Of a stretch of 64,000 nucleotides of DNA, positions 51,735 through 63,098 are shown piece by piece. The position numbers and the translations under genes were made by a program. This stretch comes from Myxococcota bacterium (GTDB lineage Bacteria; Myxococcota_A; UBA9160; JAFDDA01). The notes below the pieces were generated by a model. The model searched no databases, was not told where the DNA came from, and saw nothing but the letters and a program-made list of their open reading frames with translations. Each line of letters opens with the position of its first letter. The stretch's first letter is position 1. The stretch covers positions 1,120,001 through 1,184,000 of the forward strand of contig OZ245817.1 of NCBI GenBank assembly GCA_965228475.1, written 5' to 3'.

Positions 51735-51811
51735 AACGCGCTAGGATCGTGCGGTTCGCGGGCCTTCTCGCCGGCCTCCGGACGCCCAACGCATGACCAC
51801 GGAGGCCCCCC

Positions 51812-53389
51812 ATGGCCGAAGCGCCCACCGCTCGGGTTCGCCGCGCGCTCCTTTCCGTTTCCGACAAGAACGGCCTCGTCGCCCTGGGCAAGGGCCTGGC
51901 GGAACTCGGAGTGGAGCTCGTCGCTTCCGGTGGAACCGCCACCGCCCTGCGCGAAGCGGGCCTCACCGTGCTCGACGTGGCGGAGCTCACGAAGAGCCCC
52001 GAGATGCTCGGCGGCCGCGTGAAGACGCTCCACCCGAAGGTGCACGGCGGCATCCTCGCCCGGCGCGAGCTGGCCGAGGACCAGGCGGACCTCGAAGCCA
52101 ACGAGATCGGCACGATCGACCTCGTCGTCGTGAACCTCTACCCCTTCGAAGCGACGGTCGCGAAGCCCGGCACGACGCGCGCCGAGGCCATCGAGAAGAT
52201 CGACATCGGCGGGCCCTCGATGATCCGCTCCGCGGCGAAGAACCACGCCCACGTGGCCGTGCTCGTCGACCCCGAGGACTACGACGCCGTGCTCGACGAG
52301 CTGCGCACGAACGACGGCGCGCTCGCCGACGCCACGCGCCGCCGCCTGGCGGTGAAGGCCTTCTCGCGCACCGCGGCCTACGACGCCGCCATCCACGCGT
52401 ACCTGGAAGCCCAGGAGGCGGGCGAGAACGGCGAGGTCTTCCCGGCGCGCCTGGCCGTCGATCTGCCCAAGGCCGCGAGCCTCCGCTACGGCGAGAACCC
52501 GCACCAGGGCGCCGCGCTCTACGGCGGCTTCCTCGACCTCGTGCAGGTGCTCCACGGCAAGGAGCTCTCCTACAACAACGTCGTCGACGTGCAGGCGGCC
52601 CTGGCGCTGATCGGCGAGTTCGAGGCGGACCCGGGCGCTTCCGTGGCGATCCTGAAGCACAACACGCCCTGCGGCGTCGGGCTCGGCCAGGACCCGGCCG
52701 AGGCCTACCGCAACGCCTTCGGCACGGACCCGGACTCGCCCTTCGGCGGCATCGTCGTGACGGATCAGCCCTTCGACCTCGCGATCGCCGAGGCCGTCGA
52801 CGAGATCTTCACCGAGGTGCTGGTCGCGCCGAGCTTCACGGAAGAGGCGCTGGCCCTGCTCCAGAAGAAGAAGAACCGGCGGCTCCTCCGCTACGACGTC
52901 GCGCGCGTCGCGGCCCTGCGCACCCAGCTGGATTGGAAGCGGGTCTACGGCGGGGTGCTGCTCCAGGAGCCCGACGTCGCGAGCGAGGACCCGGCCGCGC
53001 TGCAGGTCGTGACGAAGCGCAAGCCGACGGAGTCCGAGCTCGCCGCGCTCGCCTTCACCTGGCGCGTCGTGAAGCATGTGAAGAGCAACGCCATCGTCTT
53101 CGGGGCGGAGAACCGCACGCTGGCCGTCGGGGGCGGGGCGACCTCGCGCGTCGACGCCGTGCACGCCGCGCGCGAGAAGGCCGCCCGGGTCGGAAACGAC
53201 CTCGCCGGCTCGGTGCTCGCGAGCGACGCCTTCTTCCCCTTCCCGGACGGCCTCGAGACCGCCGTCGAGGCGGGCGCGCGCGCCGTGGTCCAGCCCGGCG
53301 GCTCGAACCGCGACGAGCTGGTGATCGAGGCCGCCGACCGGCTCGGCGTCGCCATGGTGTTCGCCGGCGTCCGGCACTTCCGCCACTAG
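51812..53389 (+). CDS. purH: AICAR transformylase/IMP cyclohydrolase
   Basis: [39 protein letters not shown]. Confidence 0.97.
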   Translation: MAEAPTARVRRALLSVSDKNGLVALGKGLAELGVELVASGGTATALREAGLTVLDVAELTKSPEMLGGRVKTLHPKVHGGILARRELAEDQADLEANEIGTIDLVVVNLYPFEATVAKPGTTRAEAIEKIDIGGPSMIRSAAKNHAHVAVLVDPEDYDAVLDELRTNDGALADATRRRLAVKAFSRTAAYDAAIHAYLEAQEAGENGEVFPARLAVDLPKAASLRYGENPHQGAALYGGFLDLVQVLHGKELSYNNVVDVQAALALIGEFEADPGASVAILKHNTPCGVGLGQDPAEAYRNAFGTDPDSPFGGIVVTDQPFDLAIAEAVDEIFTEVLVAPSFTEEALALLQKKKNRRLLRYDVARVAALRTQLDWKRVYGGVLLQEPDVASEDPAALQVVTKRKPTESELAALAFTWRVVKHVKSNAIVFGAENRTLAVGGGATSRVDAVHAAREKAARVGNDLAGSVLASDAFFPFPDGLETAVEAGARAVVQPGGSNRDELVIEAADRLGVAMVFAGVRHFRH

Positions 53390-53429
53390 CCGAGAGGGTT
53401 CGCTCGATGACGGAATCCGGGAGCGCGCG

Positions 53430-54719
53430 TTGAAGGTCCTCGTCGTCGGTTCGGGCGGGCGCGAGCACGCCCTCGTCTGGAAGATCGCCCGCAGCCCGAA
53501 GGCCACCCGCGTGCTCGCGGCGCCCGGCAGCGATGCCATGGCCGGCGACGCCGAGTGCTTCCCCGAAGTCAAGGCGGCGGACGTCGATGCCGTGACCGAG
53601 CTGGCGCGCCGCGAGGGCGTCGATCTCGTCGTGGTCGGGCCGGAAGACCCGCTGGCCGCGGGCATCGCGGACCGCCTGCGCAAGGCCGGCATCGCGACCT
53701 TCGGCCCCTCGGCCGCCGCCGCCCAGCTCGAGGGCAGCAAGGCCTTCGCCAAGGCCTTCATGGCGCGCCACGGCATTCCCACGGCGGGCTTCGAGGTCTT
53801 CGACGCCCTCGATCCGGCCCTGGCCCACGTGCGCGGGCTGCCGGGTGCCGGCGCCTGCGTGGTGAAGGCCGATGGCCTGGCGGCGGGGAAAGGCGTGGCC
53901 GTATGCGACGACCGCGCCGCGGCCGAGAGCGCCCTGCGCGAGATGATGAGCGACCGCCGCTTCGGCGAGGCGGGCGCGCGCGTCGTGGTGGAAGAACGGC
54001 TCGACGTGCCCGGCGCCCAGGAGGCGTCGTACTACGCGATCACCGACGGCGAGCGCATCGTGACCCTTGCCGCTGCCCAGGACCACAAGCGCGCCCTCGA
54101 CGGCGACGAAGGCGAGAACACCGGCGGCATGGGCGCCTACTCGCCGGCGCCGGTGGTGACGCCCGAGGTCGAGCGCCGCATCCAGGAGCAGGTCGTCACG
54201 CCGGCCATCCGCGGCATGGCGGAGGAGGGCACGCCCTTCGTGGGCGTCCTGTTCGTCGGCCTGATGGTCGACCCGGCCGGCGAGATCCAGGTCGTCGAGT
54301 TCAACGTGCGCTTCGGCGACCCGGAGACCCAGGCGCTCTTCCTGCGCATGGAGTCGGACCTGCTGCCGCTCCTGCACGGCGCCGCGACCGGCGCCCTCGA
54401 TCCCGACGCACCGGAGTGTCGGCCCGTCTGGGGCGATGCCGCCGTCTGCGTCGTGCTCGCTTCGGGCGGGTACCCGCGCAGCTACGAGACCGGCAAGCCC
54501 ATCTCCGGCCTCGAGACCGTGCCCGAGGGCGTCGTCGTCTTCCACGCGGGTTCGCGCAAGGAAGGCGGGGAGTTCGTCACGGCGGGAGGCCGCGTGCTCG
54601 GCGTGACGGCGCTCGGGGGCTCCGTCCTCGAAGCCCAGCAGCGCGCCTACGCCGCGGCCGAAGCGATCGACTTCGAGGGCCGCCATCTGCGCCGCGACAT
54701 CGCCTCGCGTGCCCTCTAG
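53430..54719 (+). CDS. purD: Phosphoribosylamine--glycine ligase
   Basis: [40 protein letters not shown]. Confidence 0.97.
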   Translation: MKVLVVGSGGREHALVWKIARSPKATRVLAAPGSDAMAGDAECFPEVKAADVDAVTELARREGVDLVVVGPEDPLAAGIADRLRKAGIATFGPSAAAAQLEGSKAFAKAFMARHGIPTAGFEVFDALDPALAHVRGLPGAGACVVKADGLAAGKGVAVCDDRAAAESALREMMSDRRFGEAGARVVVEERLDVPGAQEASYYAITDGERIVTLAAAQDHKRALDGDEGENTGGMGAYSPAPVVTPEVERRIQEQVVTPAIRGMAEEGTPFVGVLFVGLMVDPAGEIQVVEFNVRFGDPETQALFLRMESDLLPLLHGAATGALDPDAPECRPVWGDAAVCVVLASGGYPRSYETGKPISGLETVPEGVVVFHAGSRKEGGEFVTAGGRVLGVTALGGSVLEAQQRAYAAAEAIDFEGRHLRRDIASRAL

Positions 54720-55356
54720 CGGCCTCGCGCCCGCCGTCGAAGCTCTACGGTCCGGCGGGCTCGTCGCCTATCCGACGGAAACCCTCTACGGCCTCGGCGC
54801 CGACGCCCGCTCCGAGGAAGCCCTGGCCGCCCTGCGGGCCTGGAAGGGGCGCGAGGAGGGGCACCCGATCTCGGTCCTCGTGTCCGAGCCGGCGGCCCTC
54901 GCGCCCCTCGGCCTGTGCGCCTCGCCCCTGGCCGAGCGCCTGGCGGAGCGCTTCTGGCCCGGCCCGCTCACGCTCGTCGTCTCCGCCGAGCCCGGCGCCT
55001 TCGCCCGCGGCGTGGCCCGGGCCGACGGCGCGGTCGGCGTGCGCTGCTCGCCGCATCCCCTGGCCCGGCGCCTGGCCGCGGCGCTGCTCGCGGCCGGCGT
55101 CGGACCCGTGACGGCGACGAGTCTGAACCGGACGGGCGAGCCACCTGCCGCGGACGCCGCCGCCGCGCGACGGATCTGCGAACTTCATCCGGGCCCGCTC
55201 CTCCTCGAGGACGAAAGCCCGTTATCCTGCGCCCCGCCCGGCGACGGGCCGCCGGCCCCGAGCACCGTCGTCGATTGCACCGGAGCCGAGCCCCAGCTGA
55301 TCCGAGAGGGCGCCGTCTCCGCCGAGGCGCTCTCGGCCGTTGCGAACCCGAGGTGA
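54709..55356 (+). CDS. tsaC: L-threonylcarbamoyladenylate synthase (YrdC/Sua5)
   Basis: VAYPTETLYGL, KGR, FWPGPLT, TATSLN, STVVD. Confidence 0.9.
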   Translation: MPSSGLAPAVEALRSGGLVAYPTETLYGLGADARSEEALAALRAWKGREEGHPISVLVSEPAALAPLGLCASPLAERLAERFWPGPLTLVVSAEPGAFARGVARADGAVGVRCSPHPLARRLAAALLAAGVGPVTATSLNRTGEPPAADAAAARRICELHPGPLLLEDESPLSCAPPGDGPPAPSTVVDCTGAEPQLIREGAVSAEALSAVANPR

Positions 55357-55375
55357 CCATGACCGCGAGGAGAGC

Positions 55376-56653
55376 ATGACCGACGTCCGCCCCTTCCGAG
55401 CCCTGCGCTACGACCCCGACCGCATCGATCTCTCGCGCGTGGTCGTGCCGCCCTACGACGTGATCCAGCCCGCCGAGCGGCGCGCCTACTGGGAGGGCGA
55501 CCCGCACTGCGCGATTCGCCTCATCCTGACCCAGGACGCCGAGAGCGAGGCGGCCGCGGACTACAGCGACGTCGCCGAGACGCTCGCGGCCTGGCAGGCG
55601 GACGGTGCGCTGCTGCGCGAGGAGCGCCCGGCGATCTACGGCCTGCGCCAGCGCTTCACCGCGCCCGACGGCAGCGAGCACGTGCGCGAATCCTTCTTCT
55701 CGGCGCTGCGCGTCGAGGACTACGCGAAGCGCATCGTGCGGCCCCACGAGCGCACGATGACGGGCCCGAAGGCCGACCGCCTGAAGCTCCTGCGCGCGAC
55801 GAAGACGAACCTCTCGAGCATCTTCCTGCTCTACGAAGATCCGGACGACAAGCTCGCGGAGATCCTCGCCCCCTCCTTCGAGGCCGGGTCGACCTGGCGC
55901 GCCACGGACTCCGCTGGCACCGAACACGCGCTCACGCGCATCGACGATCCGGGCATCCTCGCCGCCGTGAAGCACTTCATGAGCGATCGCCCCGTCGTGA
56001 TCGCCGATGGCCACCACCGCTACGAGACGGCCCAGGCCTACCGCGACGCCTGCCGCGCCGAGCTGCCGAGCGCCGGCGAGGACGCGCCCTTCGAGTTCAC
56101 CCTCGGCTGCTTCGCGAACGCCTACGCGCCGGGGAGCCTGCTGCTCCCCATCCACCGGATCCTGAACGACGCGCGTTTCCCGGACGACTCGATCCTCGAC
56201 GCCCGGCTCCCGGGTTGGACCCAGGTCCACGTCGAGGTCGAGGACGAAGCCGCCGTCGAGCGGGCCCTCGAGGAGCACCTGATCCCCGAAGGCTCCCACC
56301 CGGCCTTCGCGCTCGAGGACGGCTCCGGCACCCTGCGCATCTTCCGGCGCGGCGAGGCCGTGGACGGGGAGCTCGCCATCCGCGTGATCCACAAGGAAGT
56401 CGTCGAGGGCGTCTTCGACGTGGACGAGGCGGCCGTCGCCGGGGGCGCCATCCGCTACGCGAAGTCGATCCGCCAGTGCGCGGCCGACGTGCGCAGCGGC
56501 GGCGGCGTCGCGCTCTACGTGAACGCGCTCGCGCCGGGCGAGGTGTTCGACGTCACCGGCGCCGGCGAGATCCTTCCCCAGAAGTCGACCTTCTTCGTGC
56601 CGAAGCTCCCGACCGGGCTGGTCTTCCGCCCGGTCGACGAGGGCGGGGCCTGA
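55376..56653 (+). CDS. DUF1015 family protein
   Basis: PFRALRY, PPYDVI, PHERT, IADGHHRYE, PQKSTFFVPKL. Confidence 0.9.
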   Translation: MTDVRPFRALRYDPDRIDLSRVVVPPYDVIQPAERRAYWEGDPHCAIRLILTQDAESEAAADYSDVAETLAAWQADGALLREERPAIYGLRQRFTAPDGSEHVRESFFSALRVEDYAKRIVRPHERTMTGPKADRLKLLRATKTNLSSIFLLYEDPDDKLAEILAPSFEAGSTWRATDSAGTEHALTRIDDPGILAAVKHFMSDRPVVIADGHHRYETAQAYRDACRAELPSAGEDAPFEFTLGCFANAYAPGSLLLPIHRILNDARFPDDSILDARLPGWTQVHVEVEDEAAVERALEEHLIPEGSHPAFALEDGSGTLRIFRRGEAVDGELAIRVIHKEVVEGVFDVDEAAVAGGAIRYAKSIRQCAADVRSGGGVALYVNALAPGEVFDVTGAGEILPQKSTFFVPKLPTGLVFRPVDEGGA

Positions 56654-56982
56654 GGCCCCGGCGGCGACCCAAGAGCCAGCCGACCGCGGTCGGCAAGGTC
56701 CTCCCGGGCCTGCTGAACGACCTCGGGCTCGGCGAGGCCGCCGCGGCGGCCCGGGTCTCCGAGGCCTGGGCCCAGATCGTCGGAGCCGAGGCGGGCGCCC
56801 ACAGCTGGCCGGCCGGCCTGCGCGAGGGCGTGCTCGAGGTCGAGGTGGACGCGAGCGTCTGGTCCCAGCAGCTCCAGCTCCGCCGCCCTGAGCTCCTGCG
56901 GGCGCTCGCGAGCTTCTTCGGCGGCGACGGGCCGGCCATCCGCGACCTCCGCTTCCGCCTGGGGCGCAGCCAAGGGCGCTAG
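56650..56982 (+). CDS. DUF721/DciA-family protein
   Basis: WAQIVG...LREGVLEVEVDASVWSQQL...IRDLRF; apparent CTG start overlapping the upstream TGA. Confidence 0.75.
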   Translation: MRPRRRPKSQPTAVGKVLPGLLNDLGLGEAAAAARVSEAWAQIVGAEAGAHSWPAGLREGVLEVEVDASVWSQQLQLRRPELLRALASFFGGDGPAIRDLRFRLGRSQGR

Positions 56983-57001
56983 GCCGGGCTAGGATGGCCC
57001 C

Positions 57002-57208
57002 ATGACCGAAGAGCTCCAGAGCGCCGGAACGAGCCCGAATGCCCCCGGCATGCGCTGCGATTTCTGCGGCCAGACGGTGGCCCGGGTGCGCCGGATCGCC
57101 CTCGATTCGGGCTACGACCGGCTCCAGGTCCGCCACGCCGAGCGTTACGCCTGCGGGGCCTGCTCGGACAAGAAGGAGCGCCAGCGCCTGGGGCTCGACC
57201 GGCGCTAG
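57002..57208 (+). CDS. Small putative zinc-binding protein
   Basis: CDFC...CGAC (two CxxC), 68 aa. Confidence 0.6.
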   Translation: MTEELQSAGTSPNAPGMRCDFCGQTVARVRRIALDSGYDRLQVRHAERYACGACSDKKERQRLGLDRR

Positions 57209-57253
57209 CCGGCCGGCCCCGCGGTGGTAGGGAAAGCCCGGATCGCCTCGATA

Positions 57254-57282
57254 TTGCGGCGGTTTCCGCTCTCCCGTAGTAT
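57254..57282 (+). promoter_or_regulatory. Sigma70-type promoter of the rpsP operon
   Basis: TTGCGG-N17-TAGTAT upstream of RBS AAGGA. Confidence 0.6.
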
Positions 57283-57318
57283 CCGCCCTCACTTTCGACC
57301 TCCAAGGAACTCCTCTCC

Positions 57319-57567
57319 ATGGTGAAGATTCGCCTTCAGCGGGGCGGCGCGAAGAAGCGCCCCTTCTACCGGATCGTTGCGATCGACGAGCGACGTCAGC
57401 GCGACGGCCGGGCACTCGAATTCCTCGGCACCTACGACCCGAACTACGAGCCGGTGCGCGTGAAGATCGACACCGCAGGCATTCAGGCCTGGGTCGACAA
57501 GGGCGCCATCGTGAGCCCGACGGTCCGTTCGCTCGTGAAGAACGCGCCGGCCGAGGCCGGGGCCTAG
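57319..57567 (+). CDS. rpsP: 30S ribosomal protein S16
   Basis: MVKIRLQRGGAKKRPFYRIV...LGTYDP. Confidence 0.97.
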   Translation: MVKIRLQRGGAKKRPFYRIVAIDERRQRDGRALEFLGTYDPNYEPVRVKIDTAGIQAWVDKGAIVSPTVRSLVKNAPAEAGA

Positions 57568-57569
57568 CC

Positions 57570-57806
57570 GTGGCGGAACGAACCGACGCCGCCGAGCTCG
57601 TCGCCTTCATCGCGACCTCCCTCGTCTCCGACACCGATGCGGTCGACGTGGTCGAGGCCGACGGCGGGAGCACCCTCGAACTCGAGACGTCCGCGGACGA
57701 CCGCGGGCGCGTGATCGGACGCCAGGGGCGCGTGGCCAAGGCCATGCGTGCGGTGCTGGCGGCATCGAGCGTCGGGGCGGACCTCCGCCTCGAGATCGTC
57801 GACTAG
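57570..57806 (+). CDS. khpA: KH domain RNA-binding protein
   Basis: [17 protein letters not shown]; canonical position after rpsP. Confidence 0.9.
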   Translation: MAERTDAAELVAFIATSLVSDTDAVDVVEADGGSTLELETSADDRGRVIGRQGRVAKAMRAVLAASSVGADLRLEIVD

Positions 57807-57811
57807 GAGGA

Positions 57812-58369
57812 TTGAGCGCCCACGTTCCGGCGGGCCGGGTCACGCTCGGCGTGGTCGTCGGCGCCCACGGGTTGCGCGGAGAGCTGCGAGTCCGTTGGCT
57901 CGGAGACGGGCCCGAGAGCCTCGCGGCGATGCGGGAGATCGAACTCGCCACGGACCGCGGGCTCGAGGATCCGCACCCCCGGCGGTACCGGGTGCTGCGG
58001 ACGGGAGCCGGGCGGAGCGGCGAGCTGCGGGTCGCCCTGGAAGGTGTGGACGATCGCGACGGTGCGGAGGCGCTGCGCGGCCGTCAGGTGATCGGAGACG
58101 CCAGCGCGCTCGCGCCGCTCGAAGACGGCGAGCACCGCTGGTTCGAGCTGATCGGCTGCGAGGTCTTCCCCGCCGAGGGCGGGCCGGCGGCGATCGGCAC
58201 GGTTCGAGAGATCTGGGAGACCGGGGCGCACGACGTCCTGGTGGTGGAGGACGAAGAAGGCCAGCGACATCTCCTGCCGGCGGCGAAAGCCTTTCTGCGG
58301 GAGGTCGACCCGGCCGCACGGCGCATCGTGTACGAGGTGATCCCGGGCCTGCTGGGCGAACCCTCGTAG
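57812..58369 (+). CDS. rimM: Ribosome maturation factor RimM
   Basis: [25 protein letters not shown]. Confidence 0.93.
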   Translation: MSAHVPAGRVTLGVVVGAHGLRGELRVRWLGDGPESLAAMREIELATDRGLEDPHPRRYRVLRTGAGRSGELRVALEGVDDRDGAEALRGRQVIGDASALAPLEDGEHRWFELIGCEVFPAEGGPAAIGTVREIWETGAHDVLVVEDEEGQRHLLPAAKAFLREVDPAARRIVYEVIPGLLGEPS

Positions 58370-58410
58370 GCGCCCGAGGCGACCGAGGCTGCGGCCGACG
58401 CGAGGCGAGC

Positions 58411-59115
58411 ATGGGGCCGAAGCTCCGGATCGACGTCATCACGATCTTCCCGGGGCTCTTCGAGCCCTTCGTGGCCGCGGGGATGGTCGGGATCGCGGTC
58501 GAGAACGAGGCCGCGGAGATCCGGGCCCACGACCTGCGCGATTGGACGAGCGATCGCCATCGCACGGTCGACGACGCGCCCTACGGCGGCGGGCCCGGCA
58601 TGGTGATGCGGCCCGAGCCGCTGGTCGCGGCGATCGAGGCGCTGGCCGGAGAGAAGGGGCCCGAGCGGCGGGCGCGGGTGGTGCTCCTGACCCCCCAGGG
58701 CGCGCGCTTCGATCAGGCGGGGGCCGAACGATTGGCCGCCTGCGAGCACCTGGTGCTCGTGTGCGGAAGGTACGAAGGGGTCGATCAGCGGGTGATCGAC
58801 CTGGCAGTGGACGAGGAGATCTCGATCGGGGACTACGTGCTTTCGGGGGGCGAGACCGCGGCCATGGCCATCATCGAGGCCACGACCCGCCTGCTCCCCG
58901 GCGTGCTCGGAAACCCCGAATCGACGGCCTGGGAGTCGTTTCAGGAAGGGTTGCTCGAAGGGCCGCAATACACGCGCCCGGTGGAGTATCGTGGCCGCGC
59001 CGTGCCCGAGGTGCTCCGCTCCGGCGACCACGGCAAGGTCGCACGCTGGCGCCGGGCCATGGCCCGGGAGCGGACGCGGGATCGACGCCCCGACCTGATC
59101 GACGACGAAGACTAG
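58411..59115 (+). CDS. trmD: tRNA (guanine-N1)-methyltransferase
   Basis: [41 protein letters not shown]. Confidence 0.97.
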   Translation: MGPKLRIDVITIFPGLFEPFVAAGMVGIAVENEAAEIRAHDLRDWTSDRHRTVDDAPYGGGPGMVMRPEPLVAAIEALAGEKGPERRARVVLLTPQGARFDQAGAERLAACEHLVLVCGRYEGVDQRVIDLAVDEEISIGDYVLSGGETAAMAIIEATTRLLPGVLGNPESTAWESFQEGLLEGPQYTRPVEYRGRAVPEVLRSGDHGKVARWRRAMARERTRDRRPDLIDDED

Positions 59116-59190
59116 AGCGGGCCGAGCCCGCTGGACGACGGAACGAAACACGCGGGCGCGCGTCCGCTGCGAGACGAAGAGGAACCAGCC

Positions 59191-59691
59191 ATGAACGTGA
59201 TGGACCGCATCCACGAGGCGCCGCTCCGGCGCGACCTGCCTCCCTTCCGCCCGGGCGACACCGTGCGGGTTCACGTGCGCGTCTCCGAGGGCGACAAACA
59301 GCGCATCCAGGTGTTCGAGGGCGTCGTCCTGCGCCGCCGTGGCCACGGGCCGTCGGCCACCTTCACCGTGCGCAAGATTTCTTCGGGCGTCGGCGTCGAG
59401 CGGATCTTCCCGATCGAATCGCCGAACGTGACCAAGGTCGAGATCAAGAGCCGCGGCCACGTGCGCCGCTCGCGCCTCTACTACCTGCGCAACCTGCGCG
59501 GGAAGAAGGCGCGGCTGCGCAGCAAGGTCCGGGACCTCTCGGCCCTCGTCGCGCCCGACACGCTCGACGACCCGTCCCAGGCCGGCACCGCCGACGCCGC
59601 GGCCGCGGCCGAAGAGGCGGCCGCCGAGCCCGAGGCCGTCGAGGCGGCGCCCGAGGCCGCCGCGGAAGCCGAAGCCAAGTCCGAGTCCTAG
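59191..59691 (+). CDS. rplS: 50S ribosomal protein L19 with acidic C-terminal tail
   Basis: [30 protein letters not shown]. Confidence 0.97.
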   Translation: MNVMDRIHEAPLRRDLPPFRPGDTVRVHVRVSEGDKQRIQVFEGVVLRRRGHGPSATFTVRKISSGVGVERIFPIESPNVTKVEIKSRGHVRRSRLYYLRNLRGKKARLRSKVRDLSALVAPDTLDDPSQAGTADAAAAAEEAAAEPEAVEAAPEAAAEAEAKSES

Positions 59692-59710
59692 GGCCGGTCT
59701 CCGCAGCGGG

Positions 59711-60082
59711 CTAGTCGCCCGCGTCGAAGGCCGCCGGACGGTGGCGCACGCGCAGTGCGCCCGAGTCGTCGGCCACCACCGCCACCACGTCGAAGCGGAT
59801 CCGCCAGCCGCGCACGCGGTTCTCGTGCAGCCACGCCACGGCCCCGCGGACGAGCCGCCGGCGCTTCGCCGCGTGGACGGCGTCCTCCGGCGCGCCCGCG
59901 CGCTGCGAGGCCCGCGTCTTCACCTCGACGAAGGCGATCGTGCGGCCCTTCGCGACCACGAGATCCATCTCCACCCCGCCCGCGCGCACGTTGCGCGCGA
60001 GCACCCGGTAGCCACGCCGCTGCAGGTGACGCGCGGCGCAGGCCTCGCCCTCCGCGCCGAGCCGGCGTCGTCCTTGGCTCAT
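59711..60082 (-). CDS. yraN: YraN family endonuclease-like protein
   Basis: GAEGE, EMDLV, FVEVKTR, RFDVV. Confidence 0.9.
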   Translation of the reverse strand: MSQGRRRLGAEGEACAARHLQRRGYRVLARNVRAGGVEMDLVVAKGRTIAFVEVKTRASQRAGAPEDAVHAAKRRRLVRGAVAWLHENRVRGWRIRFDVVAVVADDSGALRVRHRPAAFDAGD

Positions 60083-60111
60083 GGGAGCTCCGCGGGACCG
60101 CGGGGTGAGAA

Positions 60112-60516
60112 CTAAGGAGCGCTCGTTCCCTCGCGCCCGAAGTCGTCCTCGATGCGCACGACGTCGTCGAGCTCCGGGGTGGAGACCTCCATCACCTCGA
60201 CGTCCTCGAGGGCCTCGAAGCGGTGGGTCCGGCCCGTCGGGATGCGCCGGTGCTCGCCCGGGCCGAGTGCGATCACGCGGATCGTGCCCGCTTCGTCCGC
60301 GAGGTGGAGGGCCATGCGTCCGCTCACCACGTAGATCGATTCGTCCTTCTCCTCGTGGTACTGGAGGGAGAGGCGCGCGCCCTTGCGGATGAAGAGGAGC
60401 TTCCCGACGTAGCGGTCCGTGTGGGCCCAGATGATCTCGTGGCCCCAGGGCTTCTCGACGCGGCGCGCGGGGGCTTCGTCCCCGGCGGTGGCGTCCTCGC
60501 TTCGCGGCTCCTCCAT
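60112..60516 (-). CDS. Cupin domain protein (mannose-6-phosphate isomerase type II C-terminal-like)
   Basis: VEKPWG, LSLQYH..KDE, EVSTPELDDVVRIEDDFGR. Confidence 0.85.
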   Translation of the reverse strand: MEEPRSEDATAGDEAPARRVEKPWGHEIIWAHTDRYVGKLLFIRKGARLSLQYHEEKDESIYVVSGRMALHLADEAGTIRVIALGPGEHRRIPTGRTHRFEALEDVEVMEVSTPELDDVVRIEDDFGREGTSAP

Positions 60517-60621
60517 GGCGAAGGAGCCTAGCACCGATGCGTGGGGCCCCTGCGCGGGGCGACGCTCGCATGAGCCCTGCGTTTCCTGCGCAGGGCGACC
60601 GTCGGGTAAGCTCTGCGCTCC

Positions 60622-61467
60622 ATGGGCACCCTCTACGTCGTCGCGACGCCGATCGGCAACCTCGAGGACATCACCCTGCGCGCGCTGCGCACGCTCGGGG
60701 AGGTCGACGGGGTGCTCGCCGAGGACACGCGGCGAACGCGCATCCTCCTCGACCACCACGACGTGAAGGCCCGGACGCGCTCGCTGCACGCGCACAACGA
60801 GGCGCGGCGCACGGCGGAGGTCGTCGAGGAGCTCGCCGGCGGTGCGACGCTCGCGCTCGTCACCGACGCCGGGACGCCGCTCGTCTCCGACCCGGGCCAC
60901 CGGCTCGTCGCGGCCGTTCGCGAGGCGGGAAACGAGGTCGTTCCGGTCCCCGGCCCTTCGGCGGCGCTCGCGGCGCTCGTCGCGTCGGGGCTGCCCGAGG
61001 GGGCCTTCACCGTGCTCGGCTTCCTCCCGCGGCGGGCGGGCGCGCGGGACCGTCTCGTCGCGAGCTATCGCGGCCGGCCCGAGACGCTCGTCCTGTTCGA
61101 ATCCCCGCGGCGCCTGGCGGAGACCCTCCGCGCCCTGGCCGAAGGGCTCGGCGATCGGCCGGCCGCCGTGGCGCGGGAGCTCACGAAGCTCCACGAGGAG
61201 GTCGTCTCGGGGACGCTCACGAGCCTCGCCGAGCGCTTCGCCGAGGAGGCCCGCGGCGAGATCACCGTCGTCGTCGGCGGAGAGCACGGCGACCCCGAGC
61301 CGCCGACGGAAGAGGCACTGCGCGAGCGGGTCGCAGCGCTTCGCGGCGAGGGCCTCGGGACCAAGGCGATCGCCGAGCGTCTCTCGCAGGAGACCGGCCT
61401 CGGCAAGAGCGATCTCTACGGACGCATCGTCGAGCTCGGGCGGAGCGGGGAAGGGCAGGGCGAGTGA
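60622..61467 (+). CDS. rsmI: 16S rRNA C1402 2'-O-methyltransferase
   Basis: LYVVATPIGNLEDIT, AEDTR, DAGTPLVSDPG, RELTKLHEE. Confidence 0.96.
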   Translation: MGTLYVVATPIGNLEDITLRALRTLGEVDGVLAEDTRRTRILLDHHDVKARTRSLHAHNEARRTAEVVEELAGGATLALVTDAGTPLVSDPGHRLVAAVREAGNEVVPVPGPSAALAALVASGLPEGAFTVLGFLPRRAGARDRLVASYRGRPETLVLFESPRRLAETLRALAEGLGDRPAAVARELTKLHEEVVSGTLTSLAERFAEEARGEITVVVGGEHGDPEPPTEEALRERVAALRGEGLGTKAIAERLSQETGLGKSDLYGRIVELGRSGEGQGE

Positions 61468-63092
61468 AGCTCGGCACGCTCGCACGCACGCTCGCCCACG
61501 TTCGCCCGCAACAGTGGGTCGGACAGCTTCGGCATCGCCTGCGCGGCGTTCGTCCCGTCGTGTTCGACGGGGAGACGCCCCGCCTGGCGGTGACCGAGCC
61601 GAAGGCGCCCTTCCTCGGCTGCCCGCCGGCGACCCACTCCGATGGGCGGCACGTCTTCCGCCTGCTCGAACGCGAGGTGCGCTTCCCGGACGAGATCGAT
61701 TGGACCTACCGCGAGGAAGGCCCGCTCTGGACCTTCCTGCTGCATCAGTTCCACTGGGCGCGGGATCCGGCCATCGCCGCCGACGCGCGCGCCGCCGCCG
61801 TCCTCGATTGGGTGGAGCGCTACCCGAGCGGCCCCGGCTGGGCCGCGGACCCGACGAGCTTCCGGGCGATGAACTGGACGAAGGCGCTCGCGACGCCGGG
61901 CGCTCTTCCCGAGTGCGAGGCCCTTCGCGAAGAGATCGCGCGCGCGACGGCGAGCCAGCTCGAGACGGTCGCGGCGCACCTCGAGACGCACCTCCTCGCG
62001 AACCACTACTTCACGAACCTCTCGGCCCTGACCCTCGCGGGCCTGGCCTTCGAGGGGCCGGCGGCGGACCGCTGGCTCGCCCACGAGGGCGCGCTCCGCG
62101 CGCAGCTCGCGGAGCAGATGCCCGGCGAGGGCGCCCACTACGAGCGCGCGCCGATGTACCACGCCGCGCTCCTCGAGCAGGTGCTCGACGTCCTGAACCT
62201 GGCTCTCGCGAGCCCGCGCACGCCCGACGCGCTGCGAACCGCGCTCTTGGACACGGCGGAGCGCATGGTCGGCGCGCTCCGGGTGTTCACCCACCCCGAC
62301 GGCGAGATCGCGCTCTTCTCGGACTCGGCGCTCGGCTTCGCCCATCCGCCCGCCGTGCTCGAGGCCTACGCCGGCGCGCTCGGCGTCGCGGCGCGAGCAC
62401 CGGACCCCGCCGGGCTGCTCGCCGAGGCCGGGTACGTCCGGCTCGAGGCGGGGCCCTTCTCGCTGCTGGCCTCGGTCGGCGGCGCCGCGCCGGCCTACCA
62501 GCCGGGCCACCACCATGCCGACGCGCTCTCCTTCGAGCTCTGCTTCGGCCGCGAGCGCGTCGTCACCGACACCGGGGTGTGTGAGTACGTGCCGGGCGAG
62601 CGGCGGCGGGCCAGCCAGGCGACCGCGAACCACTCGACCTTCGAGCTCGACGGCCGGGATCAGTCCGAGATCTGGGCGCCGCACCGCGTGGGCGGGCGCT
62701 CCCGGGTGCGGCTCGTCTCCGCGGCGCCGCCGCATCGCGCCGAGGCGACCTGCCGGAGCTGGTTCGCCCGGGACGCGGTGCACCGCCGGAGCTTTGCCCT
62801 CCACGTGGACGCGGTCGAGCTCACGGATCGCGTCGAGGGAGCCGCCCGCGGCGTCCGCTCGACGTTCTCGCTCGCGCCCGGCCTCGAGCCGCGCCTCGAC
62901 GGGTCGGTGGCGCGGGTCGCCCTGCCTTCGGGAGAAGAGCTCGTCTTCGAGCTTCCCGGAGAGCTCGCCTGGAGCGTCGAACGCATGCCCTACATGCCGC
63001 GCTTCGGCGAGTGCGTGGAGCGCGCGGGGCTCGTCGGCCGCGGCCGCGGCAACGGCCCGTGGCAGACGCAGATCCGGATCTCGACGGACTGA
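61464..63092 (+). CDS. Heparinase II/III family protein
   Basis: LLANHY, HYERAPMYH, GHHHADALSFEL, TANHST. Confidence 0.85.
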   Translation: MKLGTLARTLAHVRPQQWVGQLRHRLRGVRPVVFDGETPRLAVTEPKAPFLGCPPATHSDGRHVFRLLEREVRFPDEIDWTYREEGPLWTFLLHQFHWARDPAIAADARAAAVLDWVERYPSGPGWAADPTSFRAMNWTKALATPGALPECEALREEIARATASQLETVAAHLETHLLANHYFTNLSALTLAGLAFEGPAADRWLAHEGALRAQLAEQMPGEGAHYERAPMYHAALLEQVLDVLNLALASPRTPDALRTALLDTAERMVGALRVFTHPDGEIALFSDSALGFAHPPAVLEAYAGALGVAARAPDPAGLLAEAGYVRLEAGPFSLLASVGGAAPAYQPGHHHADALSFELCFGRERVVTDTGVCEYVPGERRRASQATANHSTFELDGRDQSEIWAPHRVGGRSRVRLVSAAPPHRAEATCRSWFARDAVHRRSFALHVDAVELTDRVEGAARGVRSTFSLAPGLEPRLDGSVARVALPSGEELVFELPGELAWSVERMPYMPRFGECVERAGLVGRGRGNGPWQTQIRISTD

Positions 63093-63098
63093 ACGCTT

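Noticed and set aside
59560..59691. Ala/Glu-rich low-complexity repeat at the end of rplS
   Set aside because: Common disordered ribosomal-protein tail, not a separate element.
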